Assembly (NCBI GenBank): GCA_964639795.1
Contig: CAZXFE010000003.1
Coordinates: 1 to 48,938, forward strand
Direction of reading: 5' to 3'
Source: an uncultured Enterobacteriaceae bacterium
GTDB lineage: Bacteria > Desulfobacterota > Binatia > Bin18
Length of the DNA stretch: 48,938 nucleotides
Positions 19,471-32,194 of this stretch are shown piece by piece; within the stretch, counting starts at the first letter, position 1, and each line of letters starts with the position of its first letter. The position numbers and the translations under genes were made by a program. The notes under the pieces are model-generated. The model made no database searches. It was not told the DNA's origin and was given only the letters and a program-made list of their open reading frames with translations.

Positions 19471-20060
19471 TATCCGACCTCCTGGGTGACCGTGGTCTGA
19501 ACTTCTGCCTTGAGGGTTAGCTGTTTCGTATCGATAGCAACTGTGTACCCTCGTCCTTCAATCGTAAATGCTTGTCCAACAATATAGATCAACCCTGAAG
19601 AGGAAATCGTGTTCTTTTGGCGATCATAGATCGCCTTTTCTGTTGTAAAGACAATATCACTCATCGTCATTTCGACATCGCCCCTGAGTTCTATGGCGCG
19701 TAAGTCTTGTGAGCTGCCGTCAAGGTGGATGGTCCCCTCCTGACAACGCAGGGCAACGGCCTCTCCATCATCCAAATAGAGAGACACCTCGGGTGTCTCG
19801 ATGATGATTTCATTTTTGTCTGGGAAGTAGCGGGCTTGGCGTGCCACAATCTCCCACACTTTTTCCCCGTCCTGCATCTTTACCCGTCGAAACTCGGTCA
19901 TTCTCTGGACAGTGTCTTCTTCCGTCGACTCTGCTGCTAGCTGGTCGATAAGCCGTGCAGTGTCCGGCTGTTTTCCGACCTGAGAGCCCAGGTAGCCGAG
20001 CGTTGTCAGGAGCGCGAGTATCGTCAGGCCGAGAAGGAAGCGAATTTGGTTACGGTTCAT
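19470..20060 (-). CDS. lptC: LPS export system protein LptC
   Basis: An N-terminal membrane anchor (IRFLLGLTILALLTTLGYL) is followed by an LptC-like beta domain, and the gene sits immediately upstream of lptA. I prefer the ATG at 20060 over the GTG at 20084. Confidence 0.72.
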   Translation of the reverse strand: MNRNQIRFLLGLTILALLTTLGYLGSQVGKQPDTARLIDQLAAESTEEDTVQRMTEFRRVKMQDGEKVWEIVARQARYFPDKNEIIIETPEVSLYLDDGEAVALRCQEGTIHLDGSSQDLRAIELRGDVEMTMSDIVFTTEKAIYDRQKNTISSSGLIYIVGQAFTIEGRGYTVAIDTKQLTLKAEVQTTVTQEVG

Positions 20061-20150
20061 AGCGGGACCCCAACACCAGGACACAACGTATCACCTCTCT
20101 AGAACCTGCGCAAAGAAGGTGGACAAAAAGCTGACACAAGGAGGGAAGGG

Positions 20151-23442
<3,292 letters not shown>

Positions 23443-23520
23443 GCTTGGGTGACCTCATGACCCCTCTAGTGAAGCTACCGGGCCATCGGGAGCCTACTAT
23501 ACGTGAGAACCCCGAGAGCG

Positions 23521-24258
23521 TCAAACCAAGCAGGTTGAATTTGCGGAATCCTCTGTACCGACACTCCGACACACCGGGCGGAGTGGACACTTGGGACAAT
23601 GAGGCGTGCGTGCGGTACAGATTGTTGCCCCAATATCCATAATGGCCTGGTTGAAGAGGTGCGCTTGCCCTGGCGGAGTAACCTGACGGGCAACTGTCCA
23701 CAGAAAACGTGGCGTTCGTTGGTGTGGGCCGAGTGTAAAAAACCGTCGCAGGACACGTGCTGCATTGGTATCAAGAATTGCGGCATCCTTATGGAAGGCG
23801 AAACTCGATACTGCCCCTGCAGTATAAGGACCGATTCCCGGTAGTTTTGTGAGTTCTTCTGCTTTGCGCGGAAACTTGCCCTTGTATTGGGTGACGATTT
23901 GTTGTGTCGTACGTTGGAGGTTGCGCGCCCGGGCATAGTAGCCTAATCCTTTCCAGGCCTTGCGCACTTGGGATTCGTCTGCCTTGGCGAGTTCCTCTGC
24001 AGTGGGATATTTTTGTAAGAATTTCTCGTAGTACCGCAGAGCCCGTTGGACCTGGGTTTGCTGCAGCATGACCTCAGAAACGAGAATCGAGTATGGGTCA
24101 CGCGTGCGGCGCCAGGGCAGATCTCGTCCATGCCGCTTGTACCAGGCAATAAGTCGGCGCTGGAGGGCACGGATCGTCGCCGGGTGAGCAATCCGTGGAC
24201 TGCTCATCTTCTTTTTGCGCTTTTCACGCTGTTGGGAGCGCGGTAGAGCTTTTGGCAT
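23521..24258 (-). CDS. HhH-GPD DNA glycosylase, MutY-like catalytic domain only
   Basis: It has WYKRHGRDLPWR, VSEVMLQQTQV, the helix-hairpin-helix LPGIGPYTAGAV, and an Fe-S cluster loop C-x6-C-x2-C-x5-C (CTARTPHCPKCPLRPVC). The 245-aa product has no room for the MutY C-terminal NUDIX-like domain. Confidence 0.8.
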   Translation of the reverse strand: MPKALPRSQQREKRKKKMSSPRIAHPATIRALQRRLIAWYKRHGRDLPWRRTRDPYSILVSEVMLQQTQVQRALRYYEKFLQKYPTAEELAKADESQVRKAWKGLGYYARARNLQRTTQQIVTQYKGKFPRKAEELTKLPGIGPYTAGAVSSFAFHKDAAILDTNAARVLRRFFTLGPHQRTPRFLWTVARQVTPPGQAHLFNQAIMDIGATICTARTPHCPKCPLRPVCRSVGTEDSANSTCLV

Positions 24259-24370
24259 TGTCGGCTCTTGTGGCAGAAACAGAGAGAATAGGAAAGGGGG
24301 TGTTCTCCTTGACTCAAACCCTGAGAGTTATTAAGGTGTCGGCGCGTCGCGTGCAGGAGGAAACGCAGTC

Positions 24371-24655
24371 ATGGAAAAACAGGAAAACTTAGAGAAAATG
24401 ATTGCCAAGATTCTTCACCGTCACTGCGAATTTGGTTGGGCGCATTATTATATCCCGAGTGAGAAATTCCCTCATTTGGTCGATGAGTTGCTGCAGGTAT
24501 TGCAACCGGTCGAAGAAGCAGGTGAAGACGAACTCGTCAGATTTTTCCTGGGTATGAGGCGCTATACCTCTGAGCAAGAGCGCGTAGGCCAACTGCTTGC
24601 CGACTTCCGGGTGCTCAGACGGGCCGGTGCCTCGTCATCGAAGGACGTGCCTTGA
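24371..24655 (+). CDS. hypothetical protein (94 aa)
   Basis: The ATG is preceded by GCAGGAGGAAAC. The gene is co-oriented with the first GT39 gene, which starts 24 nt after its stop codon. I recognised no family. Confidence 0.5.
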   Translation: MEKQENLEKMIAKILHRHCEFGWAHYYIPSEKFPHLVDELLQVLQPVEEAGEDELVRFFLGMRRYTSEQERVGQLLADFRVLRRAGASSSKDVP

Positions 24656-24679
24656 GGCGCGCCCTTCTCGAGATGCTGC

Positions 24680-26593
24680 ATGAATGAACCGCAGCGGACC
24701 CGGCAGATCGTTGTCGGCCTCCTCTTTCTTTGCTGTCTACTCTACTTTTTGGATCTCGGACGTATTCCTTTCTACAACTACGAAGAATCGAAAGAAGCTT
24801 TGATTGTCTGGGAGATGGTGAACGGCGGGGGCTGGATTCTGCCCTTGCGCAATGGGACCGAACTACCGCTCAAACCACCTCTTTTTCACTGGATAGGTGC
24901 ATTTTTCTCTCTCGTCGTCGGGCAGGTGAATGAATTTTGGGTGCGATTTCCATCAGCCTTATTCGCCACGGCGACCGTGCTCTCTACGTTCTTCTTTGGG
25001 CGCGCCGTATGGAATTGGCGGATCGGCCTGCTGGCCGCATTGATTTTGACCACATCTCCGGAGTGGGTACGCTGGTCGATCTACGCCCGGAGCGATATCG
25101 TCTTGCTTTTCTTCCTCACTGCTTCCCTGTTTCTCTTCTTTCGCGTGTTTCAAGAACGCGCTGCGCAACATCGCACCCTTGTCCTCTTTTACTGCAGCGT
25201 CGGTTTGGCAGCTTTGGCAAAAGGACCGCTTGGCCTTCTTCTACCGAGTGTGGTCGTTGGTGCCTTTCTGTGGCTGACAAGAGAATTGGCCTTTCTTCGC
25301 CGTATGCGTCTTGGAGAAGGGGTAGTGATCACGGGCAGTATTGCGGCCTCGTGGTATCTGCTTGCGTTCATGCAGGGCGGGGGTGAGTTTTTCCAACGCC
25401 AAATCCTTGATGAGAATATTTTTCGATTTTTCTCTAGCGAGCAAGGCGGCCCCAGCCGGGAGCATCCTTTCTTGTACTACTTGCCAACGCTGTGTGTCGG
25501 CATGTTGCCGTGGAGTTTGTTTTTTCCCGCTGTGGGGATTTTTCTGTATCGGGCACGAGACGAATGGCGGGATAAGAAGCGTCTATATTTATTAGTCTGG
25601 ATCGGGATAGAGCTGCTCTTCTTTTCTCTCGCTTCCGGCAAACGCAGCAATTATATTCTACCAGTGTATCCGGCGCTGGCTTTGCTCCTTGGCCTGTGGT
25701 GGCAGGAGTTGACCGAGGGCTCTCGGGCAGTATCCCCATTGATTAAGCGCGTTGCGCGGGGCTGTGCGTTGGCCCTGTGTGGCGTTGGGGTGCTGGTTCT
25801 CCTTTTCTTGATTGCCCACGGAATAGGATTTGACTTGGATCATCTGGTCTTGCCTTTCCTCCATCCTAGAGATCAGGCCAATTTGCCCTTGATCGCGAAC
25901 AGCCTACGGAGTCAATTTGGCGTGGTTTCTATCTGGATCGTTTTGCTCCTGTTTGCGACCGGTTGGTATGTTTGGGGATTCAAGCGTGATCAATGGATGT
26001 CTGTCTTTGCCGCACTCACGGTTTCGATCTCTGCGTCGCTGTATTTCACAAATGCCCTTTTTCACCCTCTGATTGCCCAGGAGCGGACGTATAAACCCTT
26101 TATGCTCGGCGTTCGCTCAACCGTGAAAGATGCGCCCCTGTATTTTTACCAAGATGCGTCTGACTATGGGGCCATTTTCTATGCGGGTAGACATATTGCC
26201 GGCTATCCGCAAGCGCAACTGTCTGAGGAAGATGTGAACAACGTTGATTCGCCGCTCTATTTTTTGGTACGCGAAAAAGACTGGCCAGACCTGGCCGAAA
26301 CCCATCCGCACCTAGAACGACTTGTCACGAGTGAAGGGAAAGGCCCGGATAAGAAACATCGGCTCGTTCTGGCTGCCTTACTCTCTCAGCGAAACACCGG
26401 GCAGAACGATAAAATGGAGCAAAGGGCGGAGCAGAGTGAGACTGACGAGAGTCCTCTGCCTGAGTCTGAGCAAGCACAGCCACAGGGATTTGGGCAGCTT
26501 GAGCAAGACGGGGAAACTCCTCCGAATGACGTTGCGGATGATCCCGCAGATGATCCTGACTCGAAAACAAGTGAAGGCATGGACGAAAGCTGA
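24680..26593 (+). CDS. GT39/ArnT-like (PMT_2-type) integral-membrane glycosyltransferase with acidic C-terminal tail
   Basis: This 637-aa polytopic protein has an ArnT/PMT-like N-terminal loop (ESKEALIVWEMVNGGGWILPLRNGTELPLKPPLFHW) and LAKGPLGLLLP. Its last 69 residues are strongly acidic. Confidence 0.8.
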   Translation: MNEPQRTRQIVVGLLFLCCLLYFLDLGRIPFYNYEESKEALIVWEMVNGGGWILPLRNGTELPLKPPLFHWIGAFFSLVVGQVNEFWVRFPSALFATATVLSTFFFGRAVWNWRIGLLAALILTTSPEWVRWSIYARSDIVLLFFLTASLFLFFRVFQERAAQHRTLVLFYCSVGLAALAKGPLGLLLPSVVVGAFLWLTRELAFLRRMRLGEGVVITGSIAASWYLLAFMQGGGEFFQRQILDENIFRFFSSEQGGPSREHPFLYYLPTLCVGMLPWSLFFPAVGIFLYRARDEWRDKKRLYLLVWIGIELLFFSLASGKRSNYILPVYPALALLLGLWWQELTEGSRAVSPLIKRVARGCALALCGVGVLVLLFLIAHGIGFDLDHLVLPFLHPRDQANLPLIANSLRSQFGVVSIWIVLLLFATGWYVWGFKRDQWMSVFAALTVSISASLYFTNALFHPLIAQERTYKPFMLGVRSTVKDAPLYFYQDASDYGAIFYAGRHIAGYPQAQLSEEDVNNVDSPLYFLVREKDWPDLAETHPHLERLVTSEGKGPDKKHRLVLAALLSQRNTGQNDKMEQRAEQSETDESPLPESEQAQPQGFGQLEQDGETPPNDVADDPADDPDSKTSEGMDES

Positions 26594-26703
26594 AGGGGAG
26601 CCCAGCCCGCGCTGCTTCATTGGAGAGCATTGACATCGTCATCAAGTGGGCAAGTACGTTGGCTGGAAAGTGGACTGGTCAGTTGGCCGTCGAGTAAACT
26701 GTT

Positions 26704-28449
26704 TTGCAACAACGCGCATTCTTCTCTGTATTTCTTCTCGTTCTTTTTTGCATCCTGGTGTATGTATGGGGACTGGGAGATGTTCCCTTTTACACAAAAG
26801 GTCAGCCGCGTGAAGCCACGGTTATTTGGGAGATCTACTATAACGGTGAGTGGATTTTACCCCTACGCAACGGGCATCTTATTCCCTCGAAACCGCCTCT
26901 CTTTCACTGGTTAGGTACACTGATTTCTCTTGGCTTCGGCCAGCTCAGTGAGCTGACCACTCGTCTTCCCTCTGCACTCTTGGCTCTGCTGGGCGTTCTC
27001 CTGACGTATCGGATCGGCGTTGTGCTTTGGGGTGTGGAAGCCGGGCTGTTTGCCGGCCTGACGCTTGCCACTAGTTTCGAATGGGTTCGCGCAGCAACAA
27101 CGGCTCGGGTCGACATGACTCTGACCGTCTTCATGGTGGCCGCCTTTTTCTCCTTTTGGTCTCTGTATCGGAAAGAAGTGGTGAGTTGGGCCGCAGCGTC
27201 GGGATTTTTCTGCCTACTTGGTCTGGCGACATTGGCAAAGGGCCCGATCGGAGTGTTGCTGCCGGGATTGACGATAGGGGTTTTTCTCTGCCTGCGACGC
27301 GATGTACGCTTTCTGCGCCATTTGCACCTTATATCCGGCGGACTGCTCTTCGTCGTTGTCGCCGGTTCCTGGTACGCTCTGGCACTCTGGCAGGGTGGTG
27401 AGGAGTTTTTTGCCAAGCAGATTATGAAAGAAAATGTGCTGCGGTTTGTTTCCAGCGGCTCAGCTGGAACTGGGCATTCACATTCTTTTTACTATTTCAT
27501 TCCGAATCTGTTTCTGGGTATGGCTCCCTGGAGTTTTTTCTTTCCTGCGCTCATTTATTTTCTGTATCAGAGTCGGCAGCGTTGGGCTGAGAGGAATTTT
27601 ACGTATCTGATTGTGTGGATTGCGACGGTTTTCCTCTTCTATTCTGTTTCAAGCAGTAAGCGTTCTGTCTATATTTTGCCTATCTATCCGGCGATTGCCC
27701 TGTTGCTCGGCGCATGGTGGCAAGACCTCCGTCAAGGAGAAATCGACCTACCACGTGGTTTTCGCCAATTTATCCAGGTTTCGGGCCATGGGTGCCTCGG
27801 AGTTGCTGGGCTCGCTATACTCGGTGTTATCGCGCAAGCTGCGGGGTTTGATCCGCTTGGTATCATTCGACCGTTTCTTCATCCGAAAGATCAGAGTAAT
27901 CTTCCGCTTTTTACCGGAATCGTAGCCGATTATCCCGTAGCATTTGGCCTGTGGTTCTTGGGTGCGGGTGGCGCGATGATCTTACTCAGCTGGGGACTTC
28001 GCCGGCAGGTCTGGGAGCGGGTCTTTGGTGCCCTTGTAGTATTCACTACGAGTATTTTTCTGCTTATTAACCACGTCATTCAGCCCACTATCGCTGCGGC
28101 CCGGACCTTTCGGCCCTTTATGGGTCGTGTTGTTGAGCAGGCTGGTGAACAGCGATTATTTTTCTATCGGAGTTTTGATAGCGGAGCGTTGTACTATGCC
28201 GACCGGCGTATTCCCTTTTATCTGCCGCGGGGAACCCCAAAGACACGGTATTTCATTCTGGTGTGGGAAGAAGAATGGGAACGGCTCAAAACAGTCGGAC
28301 TGGGAGAACCGCTCCGCCTTGTTGATACCAGCGAAGGCACGGGTCCGAAGGGCAACCACCGTCTGCTTCTGGTCGAGGTTCCACCGTACGTGGAACTGCC
28401 GCCGTGGGGTGACGAGGCGAACGGGTTGATAAATAAAGATGCGATGTAG
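26704..28449 (+). CDS. GT39/ArnT-like (PMT_2-type) integral-membrane glycosyltransferase, tandem paralog
   Basis: TTG start. The sequence is colinear with the upstream gene (PREATVIWEIYYNGEWILPLRNGHLIPSKPPLFHW, LAKGPIGVLLP, SSKRSVYILPIYPA). Confidence 0.8.
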   Translation: MQQRAFFSVFLLVLFCILVYVWGLGDVPFYTKGQPREATVIWEIYYNGEWILPLRNGHLIPSKPPLFHWLGTLISLGFGQLSELTTRLPSALLALLGVLLTYRIGVVLWGVEAGLFAGLTLATSFEWVRAATTARVDMTLTVFMVAAFFSFWSLYRKEVVSWAAASGFFCLLGLATLAKGPIGVLLPGLTIGVFLCLRRDVRFLRHLHLISGGLLFVVVAGSWYALALWQGGEEFFAKQIMKENVLRFVSSGSAGTGHSHSFYYFIPNLFLGMAPWSFFFPALIYFLYQSRQRWAERNFTYLIVWIATVFLFYSVSSSKRSVYILPIYPAIALLLGAWWQDLRQGEIDLPRGFRQFIQVSGHGCLGVAGLAILGVIAQAAGFDPLGIIRPFLHPKDQSNLPLFTGIVADYPVAFGLWFLGAGGAMILLSWGLRRQVWERVFGALVVFTTSIFLLINHVIQPTIAAARTFRPFMGRVVEQAGEQRLFFYRSFDSGALYYADRRIPFYLPRGTPKTRYFILVWEEEWERLKTVGLGEPLRLVDTSEGTGPKGNHRLLLVEVPPYVELPPWGDEANGLINKDAM

Positions 28450-28484
28450 GGGGACTCCCCCTCGCTTGATGTTTAGTCCCACAA

Positions 28485-28510
28485 GTCGGGTTAGCAGAGC
28501 GTAACCCGAC
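28485..28510. repeat. REP-like perfect hairpin (9-bp stem)
   Basis: GTCGGGTTA (28485-28493) and TAACCCGAC (28502-28510) flank an 8-nt loop. The hairpin lies 36 nt downstream of the GT39-2 stop. Confidence 0.55.
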
Positions 28511-28859
28511 AGTGCGTGTGGCCCTGGACCTTCTTCTTCAAATAGCTTTGCTTACGGCTCCCGTCGATAGCGTGCTGCTTTCGTACAGCGCTAAATCCCA
28601 GTACTCTTCTACGCCCATTCCATAATTCTCGCTTAAGGTTTCGATCAAGGCAGTGCACTCTGGCAATTGCGAACACAGGGCCTGATTCCTCTCATTTGTT
28701 TCTAAAACGGTTTCACGAGGAAGTTCAATTCCCTGTTTCAGCGCCTTGAGGCTTTGTCGTACGGTTCCTGGGCGGACAGAGTTGCGACGCTGTCTTGATA
28801 GACAAGCGCCTGGCAGCGGACCAGTCCGTGGGCTACCTCTTCTTTTCTTATGATAGCTA

Positions 28860-29057
28860 TTATCTCCTCATCGCCTGGACGAGGGGGAGTTGTTCCTTCA
28901 GCCACTGTTGTTGCTTGCGCTCGATTTCTGGTGGCAGGGTTAGGGTGTCTTTCTGCATGGGGACGAGGAGGACTCCACGACGTCGCGGCTGCGCCAAGAG
29001 TACACTGCTGCTGATCAAGATAGTTACTACAATAGTCAGAGGTAATAGTTTGTGCAT
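28860..29057 (-). CDS. possible small signal-anchored protein (65 aa)
   Basis: An internal ATG of the 99-aa ORF gives MHKLLPLTIVVTILISSSVLLAQPRRRG..., which is a hydrophobic N-terminus followed by a charged tail. I found no family match and no clear Shine-Dalgarno sequence. Confidence 0.3.
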   Translation of the reverse strand: MHKLLPLTIVVTILISSSVLLAQPRRRGVLLVPMQKDTLTLPPEIERKQQQWLKEQLPLVQAMRR

Positions 29058-29410
29058 TGATGCGTTGATACTACCCCAGGGACTTGTGGTTTCTCTGTGA
29101 GGGATGAAGCCGGCGTAAGGTGCGCTGTCAATGAGACGGTATCCACAAAGTTGCACCAACTGCTTCTTTTTACTTTTACACTCTCCGGAGACCAGGGCCC
29201 ATATCCAGGCGCCGTCACCTTCACGTCTTATGTCCCTGTCTGTTCAGTAGCGCAGAAGAGAATGTTCCTACTCACTCTTAACTCTTCGGTATAGCTCCCG
29301 TCGCATGTGAGGCTGCTCAGTCCTTGTCCTCTGGAAACTGCCTCTTCAACCTCAATGTCCTCCGCTTGCAGCAAACATTGGAAGCGGAGCAATCCCACTG
29401 ACGGCACAAC

Positions 29411-29437
29411 AAAAAAGGGCGGGTTCGAGACCCGCCC
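29411..29437 (-). terminator. intrinsic terminator of hppA
   Basis: The minus strand reads GGGCGGGT-CTCGA-ACCCGCCC followed by TTTTTT. This lies about 20 nt after the hppA stop. Confidence 0.8.
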
Positions 29438-29458
29438 CTGTAACGAACGTTGGTAAAG

Positions 29459-31513
29459 TTAGACCAACAGCGGTGCGATCACCAAGGCCACGATAGACAT
29501 CAGCTTAATCAGGATGTTCATCGAGGGACCTGAGGTATCTTTGAATGGATCGCCGACCGTGTCACCGACAACGGCAGCCTTGTGGGCTTCCGAGCCTTTG
29601 CCTTCACCTTCGATATCGCCCTTTTCAATGGATTTCTTAGCATTGTCCCAGACGCCGCCAGCATTGGCCATAAGAAGTGCAAGCAGGACTCCTGTCACAG
29701 TTGCACCGACCAGCATGCCACCCAGCGCGGCTGCGCCGAGTACCAAACCAACGAAGACCGGTGCGATAACAGCAGTCAGACCGGGAAGGATCATTTCTTT
29801 GAGCGCCGCAGTTGTGGAGATCTCCACACACCGGGCTGTATCAGGCTTTGCTCCTTCCTTGCCCTCAAGCAGGCCAGGGATTTCGCGGAACTGGCGCCGG
29901 ATTTCGTCCACCATTTGACCGGCAGCGCGTCCCACAGCCGTCATTGTCAGAGCACCAATGAAAAACGGCAGGATGCCTCCAAGGAACAGCCCAATCATCA
30001 CCACAGGATTCGTCACAATGATTTGCAGAGGTTCCATTCCAGCCGCCATTCGGGCTTGGTCAACGGTTTGGGTAAATGCTGCGAATAGGGCGAGTGCAGT
30101 GAGCGCAGCAGAACCAATGGCGAAACCCTTACCGATAGCCGCAGTTGTATTGCCCAACGCATCTAATCCATCAGTGATCTTGCGGACTTCAGGACCGAGT
30201 TTAGCCATTTCTGATATACCGCCGGCGTTGTCTGCAACCGGGCCGTAGGCATCCACGGTCATAGTGACGCCTACGGTAGCCAGCATGCCAACTCCGGCAA
30301 TTCCGATGCCATATATGCCGGCAAAGTGGTTGGCAACAAAGATGGCGAGACATATCGCGAGGACTGGCAGAGCACAGCTTTCCAAGCCGACCGCCATACC
30401 ATGGATGATAGTTGTGGCAGAACCGGTCTTGCAGGCCTCGGCGACTCGGAGCACTGGTGCGGCGGATGTATAATATTCCGTGATCAGACCAATCCCGATT
30501 CCCACGATGCAGCCGGACGTAACGGCCCAGAAGATTCCGGTAGCGACGGGGAAGACGAGAATAAGAATGAGAGCTGCCACAAGGAACACTCCAGCGGCAA
30601 TAAACGTTGAATACCGAAGCGCATTCTGCGGTCCTGAGTCTTTAAGAAGTTTCATTGAGAAGATGCCGAGAAAGGAAGCCAGGAGGCCGACGGCTGCCAT
30701 ACTCAGTGGCAGGGCCATTAAAGCGCTCCGCACCGCACCTTCTTCAGCGCCTTCACTTCCCAACCTTGTGAATGACGCGCCGTAGGCTGTGGCACCAATC
30801 GCGATCGTCGCGATAATCGATCCGACATAGGATTCAAAAATATCCGCGCCCATGCCAGCCACATCACCCACGTTGTCGCCCACGTTATCGGCGATGACGC
30901 CAGGGTTGCGCGGATCATCTTCGGGAATGCCAGCCTCAATCTTTCCGACCAAGTCACTTCCAACATCCGCAGCCTTGGTGTAAATGCCGCCGCCGACACG
31001 AGCAAACAGGGCGATAGAGCTGGCGCCCATGGCAAAACCGCTGATGTATTTTGAGGTCGCCGGATCGGAGTACAGGCCAAGCAGGGTACCCACGCCCAGC
31101 AAACCCAGGCTAGCGACTGCAAGGCCCATCACCGCGCCGCCATTGAAAGCGACTAGAAGAGCAGCGCCTTCGCCCTCCGCCATGGCTGCTTGTGAAGTGC
31201 GTACATTCGCCTTTGTGGCTGCCTGCATACCTAAATAGCCCGCCAACACGGAACAACTCGCGCCAGCGAGAAAGGCAACGCCTGTTTGAACCGCGACTTT
31301 CCAAACCAACAAGCCAAAGACGGCTAAGACAAAGATACTCAAGATTTGGTATTCACGTTTGAGGAAGGCCATGGCGCCTTCATAGATAGCATCAGCAATT
31401 TCTTGCATGCGTTCATTACCGGCAGGTTGGCTAGCTACATTCCTATAGATACTGAACGCGGCGGCGAGCCCGACAATGCCGAGAATCGCCGCGACGACGG
31501 AATTAACAAGCAT
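29459..31513 (-). CDS. hppA: membrane-bound proton/sodium-translocating pyrophosphatase
   Basis: The ATG at 31513 follows AAGGAGGGAAGG. Motifs include [34 protein letters not shown] and [12 protein letters not shown]. Confidence 0.95.
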   Translation of the reverse strand: MLVNSVVAAILGIVGLAAAFSIYRNVASQPAGNERMQEIADAIYEGAMAFLKREYQILSIFVLAVFGLLVWKVAVQTGVAFLAGASCSVLAGYLGMQAATKANVRTSQAAMAEGEGAALLVAFNGGAVMGLAVASLGLLGVGTLLGLYSDPATSKYISGFAMGASSIALFARVGGGIYTKAADVGSDLVGKIEAGIPEDDPRNPGVIADNVGDNVGDVAGMGADIFESYVGSIIATIAIGATAYGASFTRLGSEGAEEGAVRSALMALPLSMAAVGLLASFLGIFSMKLLKDSGPQNALRYSTFIAAGVFLVAALILILVFPVATGIFWAVTSGCIVGIGIGLITEYYTSAAPVLRVAEACKTGSATTIIHGMAVGLESCALPVLAICLAIFVANHFAGIYGIGIAGVGMLATVGVTMTVDAYGPVADNAGGISEMAKLGPEVRKITDGLDALGNTTAAIGKGFAIGSAALTALALFAAFTQTVDQARMAAGMEPLQIIVTNPVVMIGLFLGGILPFFIGALTMTAVGRAAGQMVDEIRRQFREIPGLLEGKEGAKPDTARCVEISTTAALKEMILPGLTAVIAPVFVGLVLGAAALGGMLVGATVTGVLLALLMANAGGVWDNAKKSIEKGDIEGEGKGSEAHKAAVVGDTVGDPFKDTSGPSMNILIKLMSIVALVIAPLLV

Positions 31514-32020
31514 TTTTCCTTCCCTCCTTGTACTGACGAATGTTGGATTTATGCCCACCACACGGTGAATAGACGCACGAGGGCGACACCCGTAACGGCA
31601 CGCGGGGAAGATAAACGCTTCTACGAGAAGAGTAAAGGCCCACGCATGTGGGAAACACGCATCAAGAGGGAGCCGGGCAGATCAGAAATGCTAATGAAAA
31701 ATAAAAAGTCCTACAGGTAAACTTCTTCTTCCTTAACCGGTTGGTCCGACTCAGATGACTAGCCGGGAGCCTGCATTGGTTCGTTGAGGGGGATAGGTTC
31801 GTGCGGGCTCGCTGGCCGGCCGGGTTGGTTAGGCAGATTTGGCAGATTCTGGTCAATAAATCATCCAGGCTGCCAAGTTTTCATTTCGTCGACTACGCCA
31901 CCTTAGCCACAGAGGAAAACCCGGCCGGTATGCAGTCCGGGCGATCGCATGGGCGCCAACCGGTGCGGTCAGAAAGAAAAAGACCAGAGTGAACGTCTCT
32001 TTGAGTCCAGATGGGAGCCC

Positions 32021-32194
32021 TCAGGCGCCCTTGCTGAACAATGCGGCCAAGACCATGTCGGCAACACCCAGGGTGGTACTCTTGGTGGTCGTGTCCGTAC
32101 GGGAGTAGACGTCCTTCAGTCGTAACCGGCCCAAGGCCCCCCTCAGCAAGAAGAATAGTCCAGCTAGTAAAAAGTCACTAATAAGCAGTTCCAT
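32021..32194 (-). pseudogene. truncated mrpG/mnhG-like fragment (57 codons)
   Basis: MELLISDFLLAGLFFLLRGALGRLRLKDVYSRTDTTTKSTTLGVADMVLAALF aligns with the N-terminal half of MnhG (…LGxIGxxRxPDxYxRLHAATKxxTLG…). The conserved His is Asp and the two C-terminal helices are missing. Confidence 0.6.

Noticed and set aside
29417-29437. GGTTCGAGACC, resembling a tRNA T-arm
   Set aside because: It is simply the loop and 3' arm of the hppA terminator hairpin. There is no acceptor, D or anticodon arm around it.
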